In this document: positions 17,613 to 25,148 of the stretch, one piece after another
How positions within the stretch are numbered: the stretch's first letter is position 1
Layout: the number at the start of each line of letters is the position of its first letter
DNA from: an uncultured Candidatus Saccharibacteria bacterium
GTDB taxonomy: Bacteria; Patescibacteriota; Minisyncoccia; UBA6257; UBA9933
DNA length: 38,061 nt
Reading direction: 5' to 3'
Assembly (NCBI GenBank): GCA_964364125.1
Contig: CAYIKS010000003.1
Location: 1 to 38,061 of the forward strand
The notes under the pieces: generated by a model
Seen by the model: the letters and a program-made list of their open reading frames with translations, nothing else
Database searches by the model: none
What the model was told of the DNA's origin: nothing
Translations under genes and position numbers: made by a program

Positions 17613-18053
17613 ATGCCACAGTTGGAAGGTTTTTATCAGCACTTCGGAAATACCAAGCCAGCAATGAAATCTCCCGGGCCATGCGCCAGTTGTTTTATAA
17701 TGGTGCCGTCTTTTAGACATCAGGCGATTGAGATTGACGACCAGGAGGTGTACTTCTGTGATAATTCTTGCCATCAGAGGTGGGCAATAAAAGAGGTAAA
17801 AAAAGAAACAGAGCGAATAATTAGCATTGCCCGCGCACTCCGAATGGATTGTTGTCATACCAAAGAGGAGGTTAGACATTCAAGATTTTTCGACGACCTG
17901 AAAGAGATTGCCCTGAGAATTATCAGGCAATTAAAAACTCAGGCGGTAAAAATAAGAAGAAAAGCCGTCCATTTAGTGGACGAACTTTACAGAAGGATCC
18001 AGCGACTACTCGATCTCTTGGGGGTTCAAGAGGAATTCGCTTTTCAGATTTAA
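17613..18053 (+). CDS. TRASH/YHS-like zinc-ribbon protein with a helical C-terminal half, function unknown
   Basis: 146 aa with a strong RBS (aaaggagga). It carries a C-x2-C-x21-C-x3-C motif (CASC...FCDNSC). Codon choice looks atypical by eye (GAG, CAG and AGA rich). Confidence 0.65.
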   Translation: MPQLEGFYQHFGNTKPAMKSPGPCASCFIMVPSFRHQAIEIDDQEVYFCDNSCHQRWAIKEVKKETERIISIARALRMDCCHTKEEVRHSRFFDDLKEIALRIIRQLKTQAVKIRRKAVHLVDELYRRIQRLLDLLGVQEEFAFQI

Positions 18054-18206
18054 ATCTTTGGCGGGTGGCTAATCCCCGCTGTCCTGCTCGTAGCATCTCT
18101 CAAGGAGCAGTCAGCCGGGCTTGAGAGCCCCCCAAAGTCGAGAAGTAAACCTCCTTTCTTCTCGCGGCAGAAAGGGCCAGGTCTTTACGACTGGCCCTAT
18201 TTTTTT
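18054..18206 (+). ncRNA. Candidate structured 3' UTR or small RNA: five consecutive hairpins ending in a terminator
   Basis: H1 GCGGG/CCCGC (18061-18079); H2 CTGCTC/GAGCAG (18084-18110); H3 GGGCT-TGAG-AGCCC (18117-18130); H4 CGAGAAG/CTTCTCG (18139-18164), with CCTCCTTTCT spanning the loop and 3' arm; H5 is the terminator. Confidence 0.3.
18173..18206 (+). terminator. Rho-independent terminator
   Basis: 8-bp stem AGGGCCAG/CTGGCCCT with a 10-nt loop, followed by ATTTTTTT. Confidence 0.75.
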
Positions 18207-18213
18207 AAAAAAA

Positions 18214-18241
18214 TTGACACCGGTCTATATTATAATATAAT
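18214..18241 (+). promoter_or_regulatory. Putative ftsH promoter TTGACA-N16-TATAAT
   Basis: TTGACA at 18214-18219 and TATAAT at 18236-18241. The ATG at 18255 has no obvious SD. Confidence 0.5.
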
Positions 18242-18254
18242 GTAGTCGTACCTT

Positions 18255-20093
18255 ATGATGAAAACTTTATCCAAAAACATTTTTTGGGCGATGGCGACGC
18301 TTTTGCTAATCGCGTTTATTTTTTCATTGTTTTATACGGAACAGAAACCGGCAACGGTTTTAAGTATTGACCAGTTGGTTGCCAAAATAAACAGCGGCGA
18401 GGTTTCCAAAGTTATTGTCAGCGGTAATGATTTGAACATTGAATTAAAAAACGGCGAGAAAGCGATTTCTAAAAAAGAAACAGAGGCCGGCTTGTCTGAG
18501 ACCTTGAAAAATTACGGCGTTGATTCAACAGCTCTCCAGAAGGTCGGCTTGGAAATCAAAGACGAATCCGGCTGGCAATACTGGCTCAGTATTTTAATTC
18601 CTTCGCTTCTGCCTCTTTTAATCATCGGCGTTTTCTTCTGGCTGATGTTCCGGCAGGCGCGCACCGGAATGAGTCAGGCCTTTACTTTCGGTAAAGCCAA
18701 TATCCGGCTTTTCAGCCAGTTTAAGGACCGGATTACTTTCAAGGATGTCGCGGGCCTTCAGGAAGCCAAACAAGAATTGATGGAGGTGGTGGATTTTCTT
18801 AAAAATCCGAAAAAATATCTGGATATTGGCGCGCGCATTCCCAGAGGCGTTCTGCTTTACGGCCCAACCGGAACAGGAAAAACCTTGTTGGCAAGGGCTG
18901 TGGCAGGCGAGAGCAACGTGCCGTTTTTTCATATTTCCGGTTCGGAGTTTGTGGAAATGTTTGTCGGAGTGGGCGCAAGCCGCGTCCGTGATTTATTCCA
19001 AACCGCTAAAAAAGCCGGCCGGGCAATACTTTTTATTGACGAAATCGACGCGGTTGGCCGCGAAAGAGGAGCGGGTCTTGGCGGCGGCCACGATGAAAGA
19101 GAACAGACCCTGAATCAGATTTTAGTTGAAATGGACGGCTTTGAAAGAGATGACACGAGAATCGTCGTTGCGGCAACCAACCGGCCGGATGTCCTCGACT
19201 CGGCGCTTCTTCGGCCCGGCAGATTTGACCGAAGAGTTGTGCTTGACCTGCCGGACATTAACGACCGCGAAGAAATTCTAAAAATCCACGGTCGCGGAAA
19301 GTCATTGGCCCGAGATATTGATTTCCGAAAAATCGCGATTCGCACGCCCGGATTTTCCGGCGCCGATTTGGCTAATTTAATGAACGAAGCGGCGATTTGG
19401 GCAGCCAGAAAAAATCAATCGCATATCACTCAGCAAGACGCCTTTAATTCCATTGAAAAAGTCCTGCTCGGACCGGAACGCCGCTCGCGGGTGCTGTCAA
19501 CCAAAGAAAAAGAAATAACCGCTTATCATGAAGCCGGACATTCCTTGGTGGCGACCAGCTTGGCGAATGCCGACCCGGTTCAGAAAGTTTCCATTGTTGC
19601 GCGCGGCCGGGCCGGAGGATATACTTTAAAACTGCCAATCGAGGAAACCTATCTGCGGACAAAATCTCAGTTTATGACTGACTTGGCGGTGATGTTAGGC
19701 GGATATGTTTCCGAGCAAATCACTTTCGGCGATATTTCTACCGGCGCTTCCAATGATTTGCAAATGGTTTCGGAATTGGCGAGAAAGTTGGTAACAAAAT
19801 TCGGAATGAGTGAAAAACTCGGTCCCATTACTTACGGAAAAACTCAGGACCTGATTTTTCTCGGCAGGGAAATCGCGACTGAAAAAGATTACTCGGAAAA
19901 AGTGGCCGCGGAAATTGACAAAGAAGTTAAAGGGTTTATTGAAAAAGCGCGGAAAACAGCGGAAAAAATCATCAAATCCCGACGCAACGCCTTAAAAGCC
20001 ATTGCCAAACAACTGATTGAAAAAGAAACTTTAGAAAAAGAAGAATTTGAAGCGTTGATAAAAAGTTTCCGGCTAAAACCGATGCGCGTGTAG
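18255..20093 (+). CDS. ftsH: ATP-dependent zinc metalloprotease FtsH
   Basis: 612 aa with Walker A (GPTGTGKT), Walker B (LFIDEIDA), the SRH region and the zinc motif HEAGH. Confidence 0.97.
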   Translation: MMKTLSKNIFWAMATLLLIAFIFSLFYTEQKPATVLSIDQLVAKINSGEVSKVIVSGNDLNIELKNGEKAISKKETEAGLSETLKNYGVDSTALQKVGLEIKDESGWQYWLSILIPSLLPLLIIGVFFWLMFRQARTGMSQAFTFGKANIRLFSQFKDRITFKDVAGLQEAKQELMEVVDFLKNPKKYLDIGARIPRGVLLYGPTGTGKTLLARAVAGESNVPFFHISGSEFVEMFVGVGASRVRDLFQTAKKAGRAILFIDEIDAVGRERGAGLGGGHDEREQTLNQILVEMDGFERDDTRIVVAATNRPDVLDSALLRPGRFDRRVVLDLPDINDREEILKIHGRGKSLARDIDFRKIAIRTPGFSGADLANLMNEAAIWAARKNQSHITQQDAFNSIEKVLLGPERRSRVLSTKEKEITAYHEAGHSLVATSLANADPVQKVSIVARGRAGGYTLKLPIEETYLRTKSQFMTDLAVMLGGYVSEQITFGDISTGASNDLQMVSELARKLVTKFGMSEKLGPITYGKTQDLIFLGREIATEKDYSEKVAAEIDKEVKGFIEKARKTAEKIIKSRRNALKAIAKQLIEKETLEKEEFEALIKSFRLKPMRV

Positions 20094-20157
20094 CTCAACT
20101 GGTTAGAGCACCGAGCTTATACCTCGGCGGTTCTTGGTTCGAGTCCAAGCACGCGCA
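20084..20157 (+). tRNA. tRNA-Ile with anticodon UAU (AUA decoder), no encoded CCA
   Basis: 74-nt cloverleaf: acceptor GCGCGTG/CACGCGC, D arm GCTC-AACTGGTTA-GAGC, anticodon stem CCGAG/CTCGG with loop CTTATAC, T arm CTTGG-TTCGAGT-CCAAG and discriminator A. The first 10 nt overlap the ftsH 3' end. Confidence 0.85.
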
Positions 20158-20166
20158 CACTCGCCT

Positions 20167-20757
20167 ATGATTGAATCCCTGCTTATTAATTTTTCCGAAA
20201 TTCATCGCGTTTTCGTCTATCTGGCGATATTTTTGGGGATGTTTATTGAAGGCGAACTGATTCTAATTTTGGCGGGGATTTTAATTCGCGGCGGGCATCT
20301 TGACTTCTTTGACACCCTTTTTATCGCTTTTGGGGCGGTTATTATTCACGATATTGTCTATTGGCTGATTGGGAAAAAACTGGCGGAAAGAGAAAGGCAA
20401 AAGCTCTTGTTCTTTAATTTGGAAAAAATAAAGCCGTTTCTGGAAAAAATTCAAAAGAACAACGAGCTTTATATTTTTGTTTCAAAATTCGCCTGGAATT
20501 TGAATAGGTTCGTGTTAATTGCCAGCGGTTACGTCAAAACGCCTCTCAAAAAATTCATCCGCTATAGTTTGCCAGCCGGTTTTATCTGGACAACCACTTT
20601 TATTTCTCTCGGTTTCGTTTTCGCCCAAAAAACCGAAATTCTCAAAAAAGACCTCAAAGCGGTCGCTGTTTTATTAACAATCTTTTTGTTGGCAATTATC
20701 GTTCTTGAAAATCTTTTCCAAAAAATCTTTAATAGCAATAAAAAAGAGGGCGCATAG
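20167..20757 (+). CDS. DedA/VTT-domain family membrane protein
   Basis: The N-terminus VFVYLAIFLGMFIEGELILILAG is typical of DedA. The ATG at 20167 was chosen because the track's upstream extension (from 20134) runs through the tRNA-Ile. Confidence 0.85.
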   Translation: MIESLLINFSEIHRVFVYLAIFLGMFIEGELILILAGILIRGGHLDFFDTLFIAFGAVIIHDIVYWLIGKKLAERERQKLLFFNLEKIKPFLEKIQKNNELYIFVSKFAWNLNRFVLIASGYVKTPLKKFIRYSLPAGFIWTTTFISLGFVFAQKTEILKKDLKAVAVLLTIFLLAIIVLENLFQKIFNSNKKEGA

Positions 20758-20824
20758 CTCAGTTGGTTAGAGCGTCGCATTTACACTGCGAAGGCCCTCC
20801 GTTCGAATCGGAGTGCGCCCACCA
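20748..20824 (+). tRNA. tRNA-Val (anticodon UAC), CCA encoded
   Basis: Cloverleaf: acceptor GGGCGCA/TGCGCCC, anticodon stem TCGCA/TGCGA with loop TTTACAC, T arm CTCCG-TTCGAAT-CGGAG and ACCA at the end. The first 10 nt overlap the dedA 3' end. Confidence 0.92.
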
Positions 20825-20825
20825 A

Positions 20826-21206
20826 ATGGACAAATTCCAACTCGGCAAATTCGGCGAGAATATCGCCTGCGATTTTTTGCTTGAAAACGATTATAAAATA
20901 ATTGAACGTAATTTCAGAAAGCCGTGGGGAGAACTGGATATTATCGCCAAAGCGCCGGACAGAACTTTGGTTTTTGTGGAAGTGAAAACCCTCCAATTCC
21001 GTTCAGAGCAAGCCGCCGAAGAAGGGCTTCAACCAGAAGAACAATTAACAAAAGCCAAACTCCAAAAATTAAAAAGGGCCGCTTCTTTATACGCCGGCCA
21101 TTATCCGGAATTGATTAAAGACGAGAGGGGTTGGCGAATTGATTTATTGGCGCTGATAGTAAAGGAGAAAAGTTATAATATTAAATATTACGAAAATATT
21201 GCTTAA
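20826..21206 (+). CDS. YraN family (UPF0102) endonuclease-like protein
   Basis: GENIACDFLLENDYKIIERNFRKPWGELDIIAKAPDRTLVFVEVKT matches the YraN core. The ATG at 20826 is 2 nt after the tRNA-Val CCA. Confidence 0.85.
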   Translation: MDKFQLGKFGENIACDFLLENDYKIIERNFRKPWGELDIIAKAPDRTLVFVEVKTLQFRSEQAAEEGLQPEEQLTKAKLQKLKRAASLYAGHYPELIKDERGWRIDLLALIVKEKSYNIKYYENIA

Positions 21207-21627
21207 ATATTATCGTCCTTTCGTTTATTTTTCCCCCGTGCTTGAATTTTATCCAAATCGCGTCCTTCGACAGAATTCTTTTTATTTTTTCCGCCCATTC
21301 AATTAAAACGATATTTTGCGGATTTTTAAATATTTCTTTCAGCCCTAATTTTATTAGTTCTCCGGCTTGCTGAACGCGATAGCAATCAATATGGTATATA
21401 TTCTTAAATCTTTTAACTAAAACAAACGTCGGGCTGGTGATTTTTTTCTTTATTCCGGCGGCTCTCAAAAATCCCTGGACAAAGGTCGTTTTCCCGCTTC
21501 CCAAATCGCCGCTTAAAGCAATTATCAAAGCACCTTTTGTTTTAAGCCGCTTTTTTGAAATTTCTTTATATAAAAGGCGGGCGAGGTTTTTTGTTTGAGC
21601 GACGGAAAAAGTTTTCAAATTATTCAT
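21181..21627 (-). CDS. tsaE: tRNA t6A37 biosynthesis ATPase TsaE (YjeE)
   Basis: 148 aa with the P-loop LSGDLGSGKTTFVQG and the downstream motif PTFVLV...YHIDCYR. Confidence 0.9.
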   Translation of the reverse strand: MNNLKTFSVAQTKNLARLLYKEISKKRLKTKGALIIALSGDLGSGKTTFVQGFLRAAGIKKKITSPTFVLVKRFKNIYHIDCYRVQQAGELIKLGLKEIFKNPQNIVLIEWAEKIKRILSKDAIWIKFKHGGKINERTIIFKQYFRNI

Positions 21628-22168
21628 TGTTTAAATCCAATTTTTTAATTATTAAAATTGAAGCCAAAGCCAAAAATAAAGCGATTCCCAAGCCGAGCAA
21701 AATAAAATTTGCGCCTGGCAGTCGGCCGCTATTATATACGATAGCGGAATTTTGGTTGATTAAGTTTTCGGAGACGGGTTTTTCTTCGGCGTTAAGGACA
21801 GAGATATTTTCTTTGCCCGGAGTCGGCTGACTGGCAAAGACAAAATTATTTCCTTGCCGTATCAAACTTTTGCCTTCTGGCGCGGTGCCGACGTATTCAG
21901 CTTTATCAATTAAGTTTCCACTCCGGTCGTAAAGGAAAAGCGTTTCGCCGTCGTTGTTTAAGGAAATTTTTGTTGTTTTGTAATTAAAAATTGCGTAATC
22001 TCCCGGTCTTATTCTTATTTCTTTGGGAAAAATAAAAGTTTTCCCCGAGGCGTCCTTGAGCTGCCAGTCGGAAAGGTTGATTTCTGATTCGCCGTTGTTA
22101 AACAATTCTATCCATTCAGCGTCGGTATCTTTGCCGACTGGATTGGGAAGAAATTCATTGATTATCAT
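21620..22168 (-). CDS. Lamin-tail-domain (LTD) protein with a C-terminal TM anchor
   Basis: The N-terminus IINEFLPNPVGKDTDAEWIELFNNGESEINLSDWQLKD is an LTD signature. The C-terminal helix is GANFILLGLGIALFLALASILII. Confidence 0.75.
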   Translation of the reverse strand: MIINEFLPNPVGKDTDAEWIELFNNGESEINLSDWQLKDASGKTFIFPKEIRIRPGDYAIFNYKTTKISLNNDGETLFLYDRSGNLIDKAEYVGTAPEGKSLIRQGNNFVFASQPTPGKENISVLNAEEKPVSENLINQNSAIVYNSGRLPGANFILLGLGIALFLALASILIIKKLDLNNE

Positions 22169-23153
22169 TCGCTTTGCTTATTTTTAAGTGTTTTCGCGCT
22201 TCCTTTGTCGCCACTCGTCCTTTGGAAGTCCGCTGAAGAAAGCCGGTTTTTATCAGATACGGCTCGTAGACCTCTTCAATAGCGTCTTTTTCTTCTCCCA
22301 AGGCGGCTGATAAGGCGCTTAGTCCGACCGGACCGCCGCTGAATTTATCCAAAATCATTCCAATAAATTTCCGGTCAAACGGCTCAAGCCCGAATTCATC
22401 AATACCTAAAAGCTCCAAAGTTTTTAGGGCAACCCGGCTGTCAATTTTTCTTAAATTATTCACCTCGGCGAAATCGCGACAGCGCTTCAGCAAATGATTG
22501 GCGATTCTCGGAGTAAAACGCGAGGTTTTGGCAATTACCGAGGCCGCCTCGGGTTCTATTTTTACGCCTAAAATTTCCGCTGAACGACGAATTATTTCTT
22601 CAATCTCATCAAGTTCGTAATATTCCAGCCGAAAGGTCGCGCCGAATCGCGAACGCAAAGCCGAGGAAAGCAAACTGGTTCTGGTGGTGGCGGCAATTAA
22701 AGTAAAAGGGGGTAAATCAAGAGAGAGAATCCGGCTGCCCGGTCCTTTGCCGATAATAATATGCGCTTTTCTTTCTTCCATTGCCGGATAAAGAACTTCT
22801 TCAACTTGAGACGGCAAACGGTGAGCTTCATCAATAAAGATAATGTCTCCGGATTCAAGATTAGAAAGAATGGCGACCAAGTCGCCGGTTTTCTCTACGG
22901 TTGGGCCGTTAATAATTTTCAAACCCGCGTTCATTTCCCTGGCTGCCAAAGTCGCCAGAGTCGTCTTGCCCAAACCCGCCTGGCCGCAGAATAACAAATG
23001 GTCGCTTGGTTCGTTTCTTTTCTTAGCGGCTGTCAGCATCATTCTGAGGCTCTTTTTTATTCTTTCCTGACCGACATAACTTTCCCAGGTTTTCGGCCGC
23101 AGAATAACGTCTATTTTTTCGTCATTTATTTTAGAAATACCCCTTCTTGACAT
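22155..23153 (-). CDS. ruvB: Holliday junction branch migration helicase RuvB
   Basis: 332 aa with LRPKTWESYVGQERIK, Walker A GQAGLGKTT, Walker B IFIDEAHRL and the winged-helix C-terminus. Confidence 0.97.
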   Translation of the reverse strand: MSRRGISKINDEKIDVILRPKTWESYVGQERIKKSLRMMLTAAKKRNEPSDHLLFCGQAGLGKTTLATLAAREMNAGLKIINGPTVEKTGDLVAILSNLESGDIIFIDEAHRLPSQVEEVLYPAMEERKAHIIIGKGPGSRILSLDLPPFTLIAATTRTSLLSSALRSRFGATFRLEYYELDEIEEIIRRSAEILGVKIEPEAASVIAKTSRFTPRIANHLLKRCRDFAEVNNLRKIDSRVALKTLELLGIDEFGLEPFDRKFIGMILDKFSGGPVGLSALSAALGEEKDAIEEVYEPYLIKTGFLQRTSKGRVATKEARKHLKISKANDNQ

Positions 23154-23191
23154 AAAATAATAAATATGCTATGCTTTGGCTATCCTGAAGC

Positions 23192-23324
23192 GGGCCTTCT
23201 GGCCCTGTGGGCAAATTATGGAATTTTTCTTAGTTTCGGACGGCCCGGTTGCGACTGGGTCTATCCTCGGAAAAATTCTTAAATTCTCTTTGCTAAGAGC
23301 TTTTCAAAAATTGCCCACAGAGCC
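23192..23324. ncRNA. Candidate structured RNA, or regulatory leader, in the pilB-ruvB spacer
   Basis: A long-range 14-bp helix pairs 23201-23214 (GGCCCTGTGGGCAA) with 23311-23324 (TTGCCCACAGAGCC). It encloses a 9-bp helix (GAATTTTTC 23221-23229 / GAAAAATTC 23270-23278) with an apical hairpin (CCCGGT-TGCG-ACTGGG), plus a hairpin CTCTT-TGCT-AAGAG (23286-23299). Confidence 0.3.
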
Positions 23325-23334
23325 AGACGGCCAT

Positions 23335-25023
23335 TTACCATTCCAATGGTCCGGTAATTCCTTCCACTTCTTCAAGCGTCGTTATTCCGGAAATAACTTT
23401 CAAAATTCCGTCCTGCTGCATCGTCGCCATTCCTTGCTCTAAGGCAAATTTCTGGATTTTCGGTTCGCCGGCTTGGGAAGTAATCAACTCTTCCGTTTCC
23501 GGACCGACCGACAAAAGTTCGTAGATGGCGATTCTTCCTTTGTAGCCGGTGTTGTTGCATTTCGGGCAACCGACCGGCTCAAAAATTTTAATTTCTTTAA
23601 AATTATTTTTATTCACTCTTTTGGGCAATTTTGTTAAAAAGTTTTTAATTTTTATTTTTAAGTCATTGGAGGGGTTTGTCTTTTCTTTTTTACATTCAAG
23701 ACAGAGCCGACGCACCAATCTTTGGGCAATAATCAAATTTAACGCCGGGCCGATGCTTGACGCTTTTACTCCCAAATCAAGCAAGCGGGGAATGGCGCCG
23801 GCCGCGGTGTTGGTGTGAAGCGTTGAAAAAACCAGATGTCCGGTCAAAGCGGCCTGAACCCCGATTTCTCCTGTTTCTTTGTCGCGGATTTCACCCACCA
23901 GTATCACGTCCGGGTCCTGACGCATCAACGAGCGCAAACCATTGGCAAAAGTGTAGCCGGCCTCTTCATCAACCTGCGTCTGTTCAATTCCTTCCAGATG
24001 ATATTCAATCGGGTCTTCAATGGTGATGATTTTTATCTCCGGGCTTTTTTTGTGTTTTAAGAAGGCGTAAAGCGTGGTGGTTTTACCCGAGCCGGTCGGG
24101 CCGGTGTTGAGAATCATCCCGTTGGGCCTTTTTAATTCTTTTTCAATAATTTCCAAATCGTCTTTTCTTAATCCCAGTTCAGGCAAATCCAAGCTGATGG
24201 TTTCCGGGTCAAGCAAACGCATCACCACCACCTCGCCGAATTCCGAAGGCGCGATGGCCACCCTTACTTCCACTTCCTTGTTGGGAAATTTTATGGTAAA
24301 ACGGCCGTCCTGGGGCTCGTCATGAATGTTAATTTTTAATCCGGAAAGGAGTTTGACGCGGGAAAGCAAATATAAATAAACGCCGGGTTTAAAATTTCCG
24401 AAAACTTCGTGGAGAATACCGTCTATTCGCAAACGCAGATTAACCGTTTGTTTTGTCGGCTCCAGATGAATGTCCGAGGCCCGATTAGCCATCGCGCCGG
24501 CCAAAAGAATTTCCAAAATCTGAGCAGTTTGGCCGCCGGCCTGCCCCAAAACGTCTAAAGCGCTTTTAACGCCGTCTAAAGTTGTAAGACCGCTCTTTAA
24601 TTCAGCCAATCTTTTTTCGTCAATTTTGACCCGGCCGGTAATTTCTTCGGTTTTCTTGGTGGAAAATTTATAAAAACTCCAGGCGTATTCAAGATTACTC
24701 AACGAAACGACGAAAATTTTCAGCTGGTAATCCTTAGCTTTTAAGTCATTAATCAATTCTTTGGTTTCGGAAAGTTCCGGGTCATAAACAACGATGGCCA
24801 GCCGCTGTTCTTTGATTTCAATGGGCGCGGCTTTGGCTTTTTTTGCCGAATCTTCGGGAATTAAATCGTACGCCTCAACATTAATCGGCGCGGTTGACAA
24901 ATCAATGTACTCCAAATCGTTCTTAACCGCCCGCCTTTGGGCGTCACGCTCTTCGGCCTCCCGGCGCGCCTGAACGAGCTTTCCCTGTAAAATTTTGGCG
25001 AAGTCCTTGTCTTTTGTGGGCAT
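23335..25023 (-). CDS. pilB: Type IV pilus / type II secretion family assembly ATPase (PilB/GspE type)
   Basis: 562 aa with Walker A GPTGSGKTT, Asp and His boxes (MRQDPDVILVGEIRD, GHLVFSTLHTN) and a C-terminal tetracysteine (CLECKK...CPKCNNTGYKGR). Confidence 0.92.
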   Translation of the reverse strand: MPTKDKDFAKILQGKLVQARREAEERDAQRRAVKNDLEYIDLSTAPINVEAYDLIPEDSAKKAKAAPIEIKEQRLAIVVYDPELSETKELINDLKAKDYQLKIFVVSLSNLEYAWSFYKFSTKKTEEITGRVKIDEKRLAELKSGLTTLDGVKSALDVLGQAGGQTAQILEILLAGAMANRASDIHLEPTKQTVNLRLRIDGILHEVFGNFKPGVYLYLLSRVKLLSGLKINIHDEPQDGRFTIKFPNKEVEVRVAIAPSEFGEVVVMRLLDPETISLDLPELGLRKDDLEIIEKELKRPNGMILNTGPTGSGKTTTLYAFLKHKKSPEIKIITIEDPIEYHLEGIEQTQVDEEAGYTFANGLRSLMRQDPDVILVGEIRDKETGEIGVQAALTGHLVFSTLHTNTAAGAIPRLLDLGVKASSIGPALNLIIAQRLVRRLCLECKKEKTNPSNDLKIKIKNFLTKLPKRVNKNNFKEIKIFEPVGCPKCNNTGYKGRIAIYELLSVGPETEELITSQAGEPKIQKFALEQGMATMQQDGILKVISGITTLEEVEGITGPLEW

Positions 25024-25069
25024 CTTGCTATTAGAATAAGGGATTTAGCGATGAGTAGCAACGTTTGAT

Positions 25070-25098
25070 TTGACAAAATTTTTAAAAAGGTGTATTAT
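25070..25098 (+). promoter_or_regulatory. Near-consensus promoter TTGACA-N17-TATTAT
   Basis: TTGACA at 25070-25075 and TATTAT at 25093-25098. An RBS ggaggt lies about 6 nt before the ATG at 25149. Confidence 0.6.
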
Positions 25099-25148
25099 AT
25101 AGGACAGAAATCTTTAATAAAAAAACATTAACCATTTGGAGGTGTAAG

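Noticed and set aside
17574-17879. 101-aa minus-strand ORF overlapping the TRASH-like ORF, and the 88-aa plus-strand ORF at 23176-23442.
   Set aside because: Neither has an RBS or recognisable features. The first is antisense to an ORF with a strong promoter, RBS and terminator. The second spans the structured spacer and the pilB 3' end.
18054-18206. Assigning the two structured intergenic regions (18054-18206 and 23192-23324) to SRP RNA, 6S RNA, tmRNA or RNase P RNA.
   Set aside because: I could not find the conserved SRP domain IV motif (GGAA tetraloop with flanking AGCA/GGAAGCAG-type loops), tmRNA termini, or the RNase P P4/GGAAAGUCC motifs. The sizes also do not fit, so they are left as unclassified candidates.
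20134-20166. N-terminal extensions in the ORF track for the DedA gene (from 20134) and the YraN gene (from 20763).
   Set aside because: The extensions are translations of tRNA-Ile and tRNA-Val sequence (MVRVQARAHSP, MVRASHLHCEGPPFESECAHQ). Internal ATGs at 20167 and 20826 begin the family-typical N-termini.
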